In this document: positions 51,346 to 64,000 of the stretch, piece after piece | How positions within the stretch are numbered: the stretch's first letter is position 1 | How the letters are laid out: each line of letters begins with the position of its first letter | Origin: Trichosphaerium sp. ATCC 40318 | Lineage: Eukaryota; Protista; Tubulinea | Direction: 5' to 3' | DNA length: 64,000 bases | NCBI GenBank assembly: GCA_038496445.1 | Contig: JALMLS010000081.1 | Location: 124,001 to 188,000, forward strand | Position numbers and translations under genes: made by a program | The notes under the pieces: generated by a model | Database searches by the model: none | What the model was told of the DNA's origin: nothing | What the model saw: the letters and a program-made list of their open reading frames with translations, nothing else

Positions 51346-54282
51346 TGTACAACCTCTTTTGTAATAAATCAATTGTTTAACCTTCTAATTGTTGCTCACC
51401 AATTCAAAAATGAATTAAAAAAAGTGACTACGACTCCAGCTGGTGGTTCAATGCTAGGATAATCACTGTGTATGAGAACTGTTTTTCTCCGCTTTTCCCG
51501 CTACCAAGACAGGTGGAACTCACGGAGAGGCTGTAAAACAATGTACTTTGTACGTCACGCGATCGATAGGAGTTATCAAAACGTTTATTTAGTGAGTGTG
51601 GTGTCGTGTGTACGAGAATAATTCTATTTCATGGCGCAAGGCTTCGAAAGAGTTTTCCAAGCGCCTATCATATTTATTCTACGCAAACAAGAGTATTCAC
51701 TCGTTGTTTTGATTGTCCAGAAGCCATCTATTGAAAATTCGCTTTAATAGCGTTGATGACCTACCATTTGTTATTTTCTACGCTCAAGAACCATGATAGC
51801 GTGCCTGTGCATGGTTTGAAATGTGATGGCCTGTAGATAACTTAGAATAGTAAAGAGTTCCTTTGTGATCTGTTACTTCGAACGAACCACCCCTGGGAGT
51901 ACTGTTAACCCAATCAAAACGGACAATAAAGCTAAAATAGTATTCCAGTTACCTATTTTTCCTTCCCAAAATCGTAGCATCGTTTCCTAGAACGTTGAGG
52001 TTTGGAATTGCAGCTCTAAGCTTTTCTGCAAAAGCTGTAAAAAAAAATCTCGTTAATACGCATGTATTGACCTCTAAACGCTATTTCATACCTAGGTACT
52101 GCTTTTTGTAACCTCACATGGTACTAAAACGCGATTGTAAGTATAAACGGCTACACGGAGGTATATTATGGTTTACCAGTATTCTACGTGTATAAATCTT
52201 GCTGCTGCTCTTGCTGCCATTCTCAATTAGTGATTAAATAATGCTGTCTGGTCGCTAATTTATAGTTACGAATACTTCTGTTGACTTTCCACGGAAGCAC
52301 CTTTTTTGGAATACCCTTCCTAGGAAATGTTGCGCTATTCACGTAAAGTTGCTATTTGAATCACAAGGCATTACTTTGAGTAGAGTCTTTATTGTACATG
52401 AGCTTGTAGTCAATAACGCCTTGATATTCTAAAAGTGTTTGTACTCCAGATCCAGATATGTGTAATGTCAAACTATCATTATTGCTAAGCGTAATGTATC
52501 CACCCGCCATTAAACCTGACTCCACAATGTAGATACCATCCAGTTGTTTGAGTATGAGCTCTGGAGATTGAATAAACCATCCCATTTCATCCATGCTGGT
52601 TGTGTCTTGTATTCTAAGTCAGTCGACTTCTACTTAACGATTCGGCGTCTGTACGCTTCCTGCGTGCGTAGGAGATCCAAGTTCGGCTATTTGCAGTACA
52701 GAAGTGATGAGCGAAGCAAAGAAGCCGAAAACTGGGCGAGTTTTATTTGTTAACAGGCACCTCAAATGACAAGGACACTATTCGGGTTTGCCAAACGGAA
52801 AATTGTTAATGTCACGACAAGAAGGTACGAGGTACGAGTTATAAGTTAAGTCTACTTTATTAGTCTAAGTACAAGTGTATTATTGTGACAACATAGTATC
52901 CAAAAAGGTGCTACGTTTTTTTCAACGAAACAGTGACGGAAAGAAACGGTCCTAATTTCGGTCTTCCGTGGGGCGTCTACAGGAGTCTTTTGTAGTTAGA
53001 TGAACACTTTTTATGAGCAACTGTATGAGTAAGCAAGACTGGTTTGGAGGGAAGACAAACGTATCAGTGGCTCTAACGCAACACACGAGTAAGTGTTTAT
53101 ATCTTAGAACATACATTTAACAAGTGGTATTTATGAAGGAAAAATGGATCCTCAAAGTCAGTTTTCTCAATAAATTCAGTTTTTAGGATCAGAAAAAGTT
53201 TATCCTTTTTTCAAGGGCTTGCCATCAGTTATCTGTGCTTGGCAGTATCTGGTAATCTAAGGATTGTGAGGTTGGTCAAAGTTCCTCAAACGCCTGGAAT
53301 TCGTGAGAATTTACAGCCATATGACAGTTATTTTGACACTTTCTTTTGTACACATGATAAAACGACAGAACCGGTACAACATACTGAAAGTTGCTGGCCG
53401 TCTTTACTTAAATGTGTACCACGTGGCTTAATGTCGGTAAGAATTGTGATTTAGCCAGTGGCGGAATTCGTTAAGTCATTTTAACAAAATGCTCACTTAA
53501 TCAGTTTTGATGAGGTTTAACCGCAATTACCGGGAACGAGAATGCTCGGAAACGGTAGAAACAACGCGTTTATTGCGATTAAGCACATGTTTGCCTTTTT
53601 TACCGTGTCACTATTTTATTGACACGCAATTACAGCTTGAAAAGCGTTTATTATGTGGTTTGTTACGTAAAAGAAGCTTTCAAACGCTTGTTATCAACGA
53701 CACGAAAAAATAGCAAAATTTTCTCGTCGCACAGTGCCGATCCCTGAAGGAGCGGTCCTCATTGGCGAAATAAACGTATCTGGTGAGGGTTTGGAGCTCA
53801 AAAGCGCGTGGGCACAACTTTTTTTCCAGCGCGAGATACAAAGCATATCTGCGACAAAAGCGCACTTCATAGACCCCGTATCACCAGCGCCCACAAAATT
53901 ATGAAGACTCGGCGTTGCTAGCGGGTAGTCAAAGGGCGTAATCTGCAAAATTCCGCTTGCGGAGAAATAATATAACCTCACCCTAATTGTGATTAAGTGT
54001 TTAATATTGTAACGGACAGTTGTGAAGTATTTGCTAACTAATTTATTATCTTCTATACAAGACTTAGACGTCATCCAAACGTCATATAATCGCTAGATAG
54101 CGATATAATCACGGAGTCTCTCTGAGCACGTGAATACTCTGATAATTCAATGAATCCAATCCTCGAGACTTCTCGTCTAACATATCGTTACAAATATCAC
54201 CCAGCTAAACGCATTTAATCCCCTTCAAGTTCTCCTTTTACTTTATAACATTTGCTCAACGAAAACTAACTGTGATCATACA

Positions 54283-55305
54283 ATGGAAAAGAAAAAACAA
54301 AAACAAACCCAGTTCAACCAAGTATTCGACCTTGTTTCGCTACCAATTGAGTTAATAGTCCATATTCTCAAACAAGGGACATATACACTTCGTACAGCCC
54401 AAACGTGCATTCTTTTACGAGATATAGTTCACAACCATGTTGGGTATGGTCATATCCATATTAAAAACACAAATGAAGTTCAGATGCTTTCTGGTAGCCC
54501 ATTACTCCACAATACGACTATTGATTTTTTTCGAGAAAAGCCAACAAACGACATTATTGCAGCATTGGCAGGTGTACACACTATCTCCTTGTATGATTGT
54601 CAATCAATAACAGACAATGGCATTGTGGCATTGGCAGGTGTACACACTATCTCCTTGTATGGTTGTCAATCAATAACAGACAATGGCATTGCGGCATTGG
54701 CAGGTGTACACACTATCTCCTTGTATGGTTGTCAATCAATAACAGACAATGGCATTGTGGCATTGGCAGGTGTACATGAGATTGATTTAGCACATACAAA
54801 AGTAACAGATGAAGGCATTGCGGCATTGGCAGGTGTACACACTATCTCCTTGTATGGTTGTCAATCAATAACAGACAATGGCATTGCGGCATTGGCAGGT
54901 GTATATGAGATTGATTTATCACATACAAATGTAACAGATGAAGGCTTGAAGGCATTGGCAGGTGTACATAAGATTGATTTAGCAGGTACAAATGTAACAG
55001 ATTCAGGTATTGCAGCATTGGCAGGTGTACATGTGATTAATTTAGCACATACAAATGTAACAGATGAAGGCTTGAAGGCATTGGCAGGTGTACACACTAT
55101 CTACTTGTATGGTTGTCAATCAATAACAGACAATGGCATTGCGGCATTGGCAGGTGTACATAAGATTAATTAATCACATACAAATGTAACAGATGAAGGT
55201 TTGAAGGCATTGGCAGGTGTACACACTATCTCCTTGCATGGTTGTAAATCAATAACAGACAATGGCATTGCAGCATTGGCAGGTGTACATGATATTGAGT
55301 TTTAA
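54283..55305 (+). CDS. Intronless F-box + leucine-rich-repeat protein with in-frame TAA at 55171-55173
   Basis: LVSLPIELIVHIL F-box followed by 11 LRR units of 22 or 21 aa. Repeats continue in frame past the stop to TAA at 55303-55305. Confidence 0.85.
54562..55290 (+). repeat. Coding tandem array of 66-nt and 63-nt units
   Basis: Near-invariant junction gcattggcaggtgtaca recurs every 63 or 66 nt. Confidence 0.9.
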
Positions 55306-55829
55306 TCTCCCTCATCACAAAAACAATCTTCACCCTAACACTTTTTCACTAAACGCTATTTTGTAGCCTTAAAACGTACAGAAACGCAGTGTAGTCATTG
55401 TAAGTAATAAAATTAGCGTTTAAGTTACTTGTGTAATCTGTATTTTTAAGAAAGCAACACATTAAACATAAGTTCTGGATGAAGCAGATGTTGCTTAGCT
55501 TCGGAAGATACCTCTATTTCTTTGAAGGTAAAAGGAACAGGCTCAGTAATGTCCCATGCACAAGTCTTCTTGTAAACAAACCCTTTCTTATTGCCATACT
55601 ATTAGGCCGTTTGTGCTAATTTGAAGATGACTCGATGCATCATTCATAGAGAAACGTTGCGCTTATGTGTCAAACGTTTGTTGATGTGTAATGCTGTCAC
55701 ACAACCAAAACAAGCCTATCACAACTTACTTAAGCGAATTCATCTATCCTTATATTTAAGGGCTGAGTAAGAGATTTACATTAACAAACATTTGTTTTTC
55801 TGTTGCTTATGTACTCCAAAATGTATACC

Positions 55830-56505
55830 GGTGTGTTGTAGAGCAACCAAGAGTGCCTCCAAAAATACTACAAAAAAAAGAGTTTCAACATGTGAAAGTT
55901 TTAGCACATGGTGCTATTTGCATAAACATACCGTCTCCAACACCTCTACCCTCCTTAGAACTCACTTCAATGTAACTATAAGCCTATTTTCACATGAGAT
56001 ACAAGTTGTTGATTGGGACTAAAACACAATATGAGTTCCATGTACTTGTATTTCCCTTGCCAATTGGTAACCTTGTTCAGTCACGATTATCCTATCTTTT
56101 GAAGTTGTTTGTCTTAAATCTGATTTTGTTCCAACTAGTATAACAGGTATATTTGAAATATTGTGGTCCTTCTCGTATTCCAACTTCTCCATGAGCCACT
56201 AAAATAGTGTTTCTCAGTAAAATACACTTGTTTTTCGGTAGGTACTTTTGTTTTTATGTTTCTAAAACTTTGTGGGTTGACAAGGCTGAAGCACAATAAA
56301 AACAAATTCTAAAAGACACGCAACAGTTAGTAATATATGTGCATTGAAACCTGTATGGAGTACTGAATTGTTGTAGGAGTAAAAAACTCGAACATTTGCA
56401 TACTCACTGTTTCCTTCAGTATCAGTCACCTCTGTACAGACTGTCATCAAGTTGAACGTGGTTGCTGTGTATTTTCTTTTATAAAGGAATTCAATTGATA
56501 CCTAT
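55830..56505 (-). pseudogene. Rho/Rac-family GTPase remnant
   Basis: KYTATTFN (switch I-like), DTEGNSEY..R..SY (DTAG-like), IPVILVGTKSDLR, EQGYQLAREI. No P-loop found; stop/frameshift near 56020. Confidence 0.6.
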
Positions 56506-57107
56506 TTCTATTGGTGCACCAAAGTGAACAGTGAATGAACTACAACAGTGAGCATAGAACTTAATTTTTTCAGAAAATGATGTTTCGGAACACGTGATTT
56601 ATTACAAAAACAAACAAGTTATTTGGTTAGTGCGTACTATGAATCAGCAACATTGGGAGCAAAATCTAGAGGAAACGTTCCAGCTAAAAAGCACAAAACT
56701 AAGCGATTGCAAAGATTCCAAAAACTCAATTTTGCACTTTTGTCTTTGGCTACACTAAGCCCACAATATGGTTTTATTAATGGATCTGCATTACTCACTT
56801 GCGTATGTTATGACCAGAGATGTTTTACCTTCAAACCGAGTTATTTAAACACCCAATACTCCAAAACAGATTCAAAAATTCCCGTTAGTGATACCTACAC
56901 CGGCGTCACCAGTAACAACCATTTTTATGCGTTTTGTTGCTTTATTCGCCATGTGATAGTAGTTGTTTGTAAAAAATTGACTGAACTGAATGCCCTTGAC
57001 TTCCCCTTTTAAGTTGGTTGATGTAAAATGAAATATTACTACATTATTTTTAAAGGGGTGCTCTTTAATAGTAGAGCACGTGCTCTAGGAGACTCTTTTT
57101 TTTTTTG

Positions 57108-59814
57108 TTACACGGAATGAACAAACATCTTAAACTGATATACACCTGTTGCGCTATAGGTTCCATAGCTAAACATAAGGCGTTGAGAATAAGTCCATCC
57201 ACTGCTTAGTATATGTGCTCTTCCTTTTTGGCAAACACTACTAGCGTTTGGAATACGCTCAGGGATAAAGTTGACATTGGGTCCAGAACGCTAAAAGCAA
57301 CATGAGAAGATGGCTTGTATCTCCAATACGTATGTAAAACAATGACGTACTTGTATCACTAGCCGTCTGTTTCCAGCACCTGTAAAGCAATTAGGGCTAT
57401 ATGGTACATAAACATCAGCATAAGCTCCGCTTATTGTCTTCAAAGTAACAATCCATTCTAAAAGTTGTTAATTTTATATGTTGACTACCAAAAAGGGTAC
57501 CTGTGTTTGAGCTTTGGACGACGTTTGTCAATACAAATTGACTTGCAGATACTGGCGCAATGTTAGGGTACGGATTTGAGGCTGGAGAATGGTAAGATCC
57601 CAAGTCATGAACTGGACCAATGTTCGCTGGCCTAAAGGTAAAGTTAGCATGTGTTGGTGAAATAGACCTGTACGATTTTAGTGTCAGCCAATCTCGGAAT
57701 GGTCGTTGTGTTCCACCATGATTAGGGTTGTAAAGACCATAGGTCATCTGTATCATGACAATGTCATTGTCTTTCAACTGGATAGGGTTTGGTAGATCCA
57801 TACGCAGTTCGTAGTAGCATTTACCCAAATAGGTAATTGCGCACGGTGGAGGTGTTGTAGGAGGTACAGTTGTGGGCGGAAGAGTGGGTGCAACAGTGGT
57901 AGGCGCTACAGTTGTCGGTGGAAGTGTTGTCGGTGGTAATGTTGTTGGTTGCAGAGTAGTTGGAGGTGAGGTAGTTGGTGGCAACGTTGTTGGTTGAAGT
58001 GTTGTTGGAGACGGAGTTGGAGGTGCTGTTGTTGGCGGGGATGTTGGCACTATAGGAGCTGCTGTTGTGGGTACCACAGTTGGTGCCGGAGTAGGACATT
58101 GTGACTTGGAGTAAAAGAGTCTGTCTTCTGGGATAACTTGACGACCTGCTCGTGGTACATACCACTCAAGTTTAATATTACCATCACCTTCGTGGTCGTA
58201 GTATTCAACAGTAATTGGATAGTGCAAGTCTTTTACCAGGTGATATCCAAAGTACTTCATGCCAGTTGCCCCAGATCCCCATCTTACAAAAAATATCAGT
58301 AAGAGATCGCAATAGATTATGACAAATCGTACTCAATAATCTTCGATCTGGTTGCAAAGTATAGCCTCACACCATCGTCTGCGTTGACAACAAAATAAAA
58401 TGTTCCTGTAACTGGTGCTTTGACATATCCCTTAAGGGTACATCAGATGTCTTCACAAACATGGATAATGTACACGTACAGTCCATCGAACAGATATCTT
58501 ACTTGAGGGAAGATCCTGAGGAGTGCCAGCCGACCAATCGATATTTACAGTAGGATCAGCTTGAGGTTTAAGAATATTTTCAAACGCTGATTGAGTAGGT
58601 ATGTGTGGGTTTCCAGTATACTCAAAGTACTCTGCTAAGAGACCTTTTCTATGATATCCTCCGTTGCAAACTAAACTGCTATTAATATGAATGCTTTATA
58701 ATAGGCAAGGATGGATACCTGAAGGTGTTGGTCGGCACTTTCTTACTGAGAAACCAAACATTCCTGTACTTCCAAACATGTTCGCTGAACATCCTCTTGT
58801 AGGATACTGCTCACGAAAAGCTGTTTCCATCCAAGACTGACCTATAGTATCACGTTAGCACAATTTATTTCAGGTGGTAAGTACGTACCGTTGCAGTGAT
58901 TGTTAGGGCAGTCAGCGCAAATGCCACCAAAAGCAGTTTCTGTATATCCTATAATAATCAAGTTAGCTAAACATAAAAGTACGGTAAACTCTCTAACTCA
59001 CCAGTGGGACACTCTGGAGGCCAGCCAACATCGGAGCAATAATGGAGTCTACATTGACCATATCTAGCAAAGCCTATTTGGAACACAGCATCTAAAAAAC
59101 TCTATAATTAGCCGAAACATAAACTGTAAAGTAAAAAGTGAATACCATAGCATAGCGCATTGTCTGACCAAAAAGTGCCTTCTTCAGGCGTAGCATCCCA
59201 AGATACACAAGTCCAATCTACAAAACAGTAAACGCGATGATACAAGCACGTGCTGTACCTGCAGGGTGGGTAGCGTCATTGACAAATTTGAAGTTCATAT
59301 CAATTGATGTTTCCCAACACAAAAAGTTGTTTTGCCACGAATCCGGGTCTAGTGGCTCATACAACCTTTCACACGATTTACCAGAAACTGGACCTTGCGT
59401 GCTGAACTCAAAGGCACCTAAATATACAATCAGGCTACATTTATAGTGCAAAGTGAAGGACGTACTTGCGTCGCCTGTGTGTTCAGTCCAACACCAATAA
59501 TTGTCACTCCAGGAAGTTGCGGGAGGTTCGTTTGGATCGTCCAATGATAAACAGTGCATGTTGGCCACAGGTCCGCTTGTAGAGAACGCATACATCGGAT
59601 TACTACCAAGAGCTTCAGAGTTCCGCTTTACAATAGTAGACGAACTCGTTTGTAGAGCACCTTGAGTTGTGTTAGTAAAGTACTTATGTTGCTTTCGTGA
59701 GGGCCTACATGAAGTAGTTGTAACCAAAATTGCAAAGAGAAAAAGGTAAGGCTACGAAGGATTTAGTTGTTGGGTATTTGTTACTAGTAGTAGCATGTTT
59801 ACGTAAGTTGCCAT
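57108..59814 (-). CDS. Secreted protein: 3x Cys/Trp repeat domain, PA14 domain, Pro/Thr mucin-like linker, C-terminal domain
   Basis: Signal peptide; GLLAEYF..SVRWTGY..ADDGVRL..YPITVEYY..LEW (PA14); PTT repeats at 57850-58090. Confidence 0.8.
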
Positions 59815-61706
59815 CTCTTTGAAAATCACAGGTTTAATGAAAAAGTCAAGTAGTACTGTAAAGTGAACGCAAGTCGTAAACTGTTCTTTGAAGCAAACAC
59901 AAAAAATGCAAGCAAGAAACCCTACAGCGTTGTGTTCATTCTATTGCCAAACTGTGCTAGTATAGGCTATAGGTGTTAGACTTTGAGGCTTTGAAGTCCG
60001 CGTAGAATTAGTAGAAAATTGAAGATTTTTCATGTTCTTTTTATGTTGTAATGAAAAACGTCACACTTGGAGCTTCCTTTTTCGTTTATCGCAAGCTCGT
60101 GATTTATTACTAATGTGTTTATTGTCTGTCACCGTTTTTAAAGAAAACACAAAAAACTAAAACAAGCTACAACGTTTCATGGCTCACGTGATTTTCAGCG
60201 CATAAATTAGTTCTATGAATTCATATTAACGACTTATCGTTAACAAATACTATCTACATAGCACAAACAGCTAGGAAAAGACATCAAAGAGAAAACATAA
60301 CCAATTTGAAAAGTATTCAGAGAAACTTGGTCATAGTAAACATTTGAACTGTATTTTGCGACTTCGAAAACAACATTGCACATGAGCAATAAAGGCTCGG
60401 TCTCCTGCCATGATTTTCACAAAAGAGCCACGAAACAAAACCATTGAACCTTCAAATTTGTACATATGTATCTCCAGTTGTACTCTCGTTTTGTTGGTGA
60501 CCAGTTGAACGCAACACAAGAAAATAATAAGAGTGTACAAGTGCAAGCTATGTTGGTCTGCATCACGTTCGAACACTTTGTAAAAACTGTGCTATCAATT
60601 TGCTAGCCCCGTCCGGCGACTGAGGACTCAATTTGTTGATGGTGTAGGGAGAAAAAGCACTTCCATCACACTTCCTTTACATTTCCAGATTTTACCCACT
60701 CCCTTAGAATCCAGTTACACCTCTTGCGGCGAAAATGTCTAATATAGTAAACGACTTGTTTTTTATTTTGTGAGAAAAAATATCCATTGTAAATTTTATG
60801 AAACCTTCCATCATTGATTGCTAACTTATCTTTTGCTGGTTGACCATTAAAGAAAATCTATCTACTGCTCCAACTTGATAATCATTTACGACTGTCATCG
60901 ACATTACCGCTCCAAGCAGAAGTTGTAGTATCTGTATAAATGTATCGGTATTTAATCTGACCGTCTGTACCGTCATGTGCCAGTTCCAGTTTGAGTCATA
61001 ATAAACGTGTCCACTGTGTCTGCATTGGTGGTAATGCTTTTGCAAGTGTATCAGTGTTCGCAATTACACCTTGCATAAGAGCACAGTCTTTCATCATAAA
61101 GAACCTCAAATAGAGTCATACGAGCTTGAATAGAAATGCCAGCGATGAAATCAAAAGTAGGGGTTGTTGCATAGTTATGTAATGTTGGTAGCTTAGTTTC
61201 TTTTTGGTTTTTTTTCAAAGTTGTTTTTAAAGGTCAAAACAACGTGATTTCAAATAACATTTTGTGGCTTTTTTGCTATTTTGTTTGTCACCTTTTTGAC
61301 AAATTGGTATTGTTAGCAAGACAACGGTGTAGGAAATATGAGTAAATTAACGTGAGAAGACAACATTAGTTCAAAAAAAACACAAAGTGCAAACATTCAG
61401 TGATTGGTTTGCAAGTGTCGTTAAAAGCAGGTATGTGTTCAAAACCGCTTTTAGAAAATGTTGTTAAAAATCATTACCCTGCATTGAGTGGTTCTATGCT
61501 CTGTAGCACGGTTTTCTGACAAGAAAAACCATCCAATTTTTGTGATATTTTTTTAAATTTCAACAGGTTGCGTCTCACATAGTTAGCTTGTTGTTAATCA
61601 AAATATATCACTATCGCAAATTGACTATTTCAAATTACTCATACACCTAGAAGAGGTTTTTCTCTGTAGCTACAATACGAACTCTTGCAATGAAGGGACG
61701 GTGCTG

Positions 61707-63654
61707 CTAAAATCCCAAACTAGTTCCAATAGAACTCAGAGCAAGTACTACACAAACTATTCTGGCTTGCTTGTACTCAACATCAGATTTCGTGTTAGTT
61801 AGTTCAGCAAGCGTCAAAGAAAATTTAATCTAATATTATATTTACAAGTCTTGTTGTTTTATTTCTGTATCTTTCTTTTTTTTCCTCGTTTCTATATTCA
61901 CCTTTTCAAGAGGTACTGTATCACTCTTAGGTTTTCTCCTTATAGCTGTTATTTGTGTTATATCAGCCGCAATTATGCATATCCAAAGACACGACCATAC
62001 AAAGAACCATCCCGCCGGGTATCGAAAAAATGGAGCTGCTCCCATAAGAGATATAATCATAGCGAGAATAGAAAAAACAGCGCTGAACATTAATTGAGAA
62101 GTGATCTAAAACAAAAACAATAGTTTAGTTAGATGACTTTCAAAGGAAAATTTTTTCTGACCTGTTTAATTTTGAGGACCTCTGGAGTCTTATGTGTAAC
62201 TTTATATAGCGCAATCAGTACTCTTGTACCATTAAACAATAAATAGGATACTACACATGTAGTGGCAATAAGGTAGAGAGCAAGAGCTGCTTGATAGACG
62301 TAATTTGCGTATCCGAAAGCCAAAACGAAAGCAATACTAAAATCGACTAGAATGATTATAAATATGACTGATACGCATGGTATCAAGAATTTGTGAACAT
62401 TATGTCTTGTGTGTTGCCTAAGTTCTTTTACATTATGAAGCATCTCGTGCCTACACATGGGTTAACATTGTAAAAACAAAAACCCTATTTTCTTATTTTT
62501 TTCTTACCAGTAAAACGCAATGATTACTGACGTTGCTAGTGATAGTGATGGTAATACTGTTATAGCGAAGTCGTGCAAAGCTTTTGGGAATATTCTCCGC
62601 GAATAAATTGGATCGATTATAATATACAGTGCCCGTACTATATTCAAAGTCAACAAACTTAAACAAAAAAATACGCCATGGGCCAAAGTGCGTACATGTG
62701 TTTGCAAAAATTTCTATGATGAGGCATGTGTGAGAAAGAGAGAATTTAAGCCCATTTCTTTTAGTAATTATACGAAGCTTGTGACATGCAATAAAAACAG
62801 CAGCAACTGCCAAGGTACCAGCTATAACCGAAAAGTAATACTGCAAACGAATAAGAAAAATACAGCGTAAAACAGCGAAAAAACGTAAAACAGCGAAAAA
62901 ACGTACAAACCCAAACTCGTTTATGCCTGACCATGGGTTGCTGTCTATTTATTCTTAACGGATTGGTATCACAAATTCTATTAGAACGTACCAGTACGAT
63001 GCAAGGTGACCATGAACGAAGGGTATGTGCCATTCTTGGGTGTATTCAAAACTTTCAAAATTTGAGCCAAGTCATCTCCTGCTTCCACTGTTGGTATCGC
63101 TGTAAGCTCAGGAGCTTGATTTTTATTGATTCTAAGGTAAGACAAACCCCCTGCCACCTCTTTACGAAAAAAAACCCGTTAAAATCTGACAGTTGTGCAC
63201 TAAAAACCTAGCACACGTGCTTGAAAATGTTTCAGATATTACAAGAGCTAAAGCTCCTTTATCAATTGCTTCAGCGACGAGATAACCCCAGTCATATGTG
63301 CCTGTTGTGATGTACACTATATTTCCTGAAACGTTAGGACTGACTAAGGAAACAATGGTCCCTAAAGAACAGTTACATTGCATGAAAAGTGAGCGGATAA
63401 ATAAACTCGCCGTCGTGAAAACAATATTACCTTGAATTGATGGCGTCCTCCACGCGTCCTTTGATATCCATCCGACGTCTGGTGTATTAAATGAACCTGC
63501 TCTATGCGTTGGCAATCAAAAGGGGGTAAAACAAATAGCTACAGGAAGTATATATAAACTTACGAGTATACGAGGAGTTTGTATTTAGTTCTAGTGCGCA
63601 CACAGGACCGCTCATGGTAAAAAATAATGCCAAAAGAAATCGTTTCATCAACAT
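61707..63654 (-). CDS. Signal peptide + PA-like ectodomain + multi-pass (about 7 TM) membrane protein
   Basis: VSGNIVY...AIDKGALALVI (PA-like) followed by several hydrophobic helices across introns. Confidence 0.55.
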
Positions 63655-64000
63655 CGAAATAGGGAAATGTGCTGCTCACGTGAGTAATCACGTGCCGCTT
63701 TATGAGGTTTTTAATATAGGCCCTCTTCGACGCGCTATTAGCCGCTTGATGTGATTTCTTCGACGACGAGAGTGATCAAATAGAAGCGAAATATCGTCAG
63801 GTATTGTTACGATCGGAATTTGTTCAGTATTTGAAATTCTTAGGTTGTGTTTTTTTATCGCGACGTACTCCCTTTTTTTTTTTATTTTGATTCTTACTAA
63901 AACTAGATTATATTATCACGTGACGACTCATCATCCAAGCATAGCTTGGTATAAATAAACGTGAAACCAAATTAGAAATTATTTAAAAGGTTTTTTTTTG

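Noticed and set aside
55171-55173. Stop-codon reassignment (alternative genetic code)
   Set aside because: Conserved genes (DPYD, DBR1, SMARCAD1) need no internal stops once spliced, and genes in the window end in TAA, TGA and TAG normally.
54562-55290. CRISPR-like 17-nt repeat with 46-49 nt spacers
   Set aside because: The spacers are mutually homologous and in frame, so this is a coding LRR array.
60331-61200. Short minus-strand ORFs
   Set aside because: No consistent frame or homology signal.
1-64000. tRNA, rRNA or snRNA genes
   Set aside because: No cloverleaf, T-loop consensus or rRNA-like sequence recognised by eye. A tRNAscan/Infernal run would be needed to exclude them.

Overview
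Eukaryotic, gene-dense, AT-rich DNA with many short (~40-70 nt) GT-AG introns, mostly with GTACGT/GTAAGT-like donors. The gene content (PTEN+LIM, PA14 protein, TRE/L1-like RT) suggests a free-living amoebozoan-type protist, which is an inference. Positions ~2.5-13.4 kb are a nested, CpG-depleted transposon island that can be peeled apart using terminal inverted repeats (TIRs) and target-site duplications (TSDs). It contains several elements with CAG...CTG or CAA...TTG ends and 2-bp TSDs, a LINE reverse-transcriptase fragment enclosed by TIRs, and a CTC...GAG element with an ATAT TSD. The only cargo of the ATAT-TSD element is a spliced gene for a USP/C19-like cysteine protease with a chromodomain-like module and a Zn finger. 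Removing a younger 2-kb insertion exactly restores its His box. Positions 13.4-64 kb are mostly ordinary host genes: FAM210-like, PTEN-LIM, ankyrin-BTB, RhoGAP, DPYD, RanBP2-ZnF RNA-binding protein, degenerate CDF transporter, O-fucosyltransferase, F-box, TBC1D9-N-like, a large membrane protein, SMARCAD1/Fun30, DBR1, an intronless modular F-box-LRR, a Rho pseudogene, a PA14 protein and a PA-domain multi-pass protein. Four GC-AG introns were inferred. All gene boundaries are hand-spliced estimates, and no database searches were possible.
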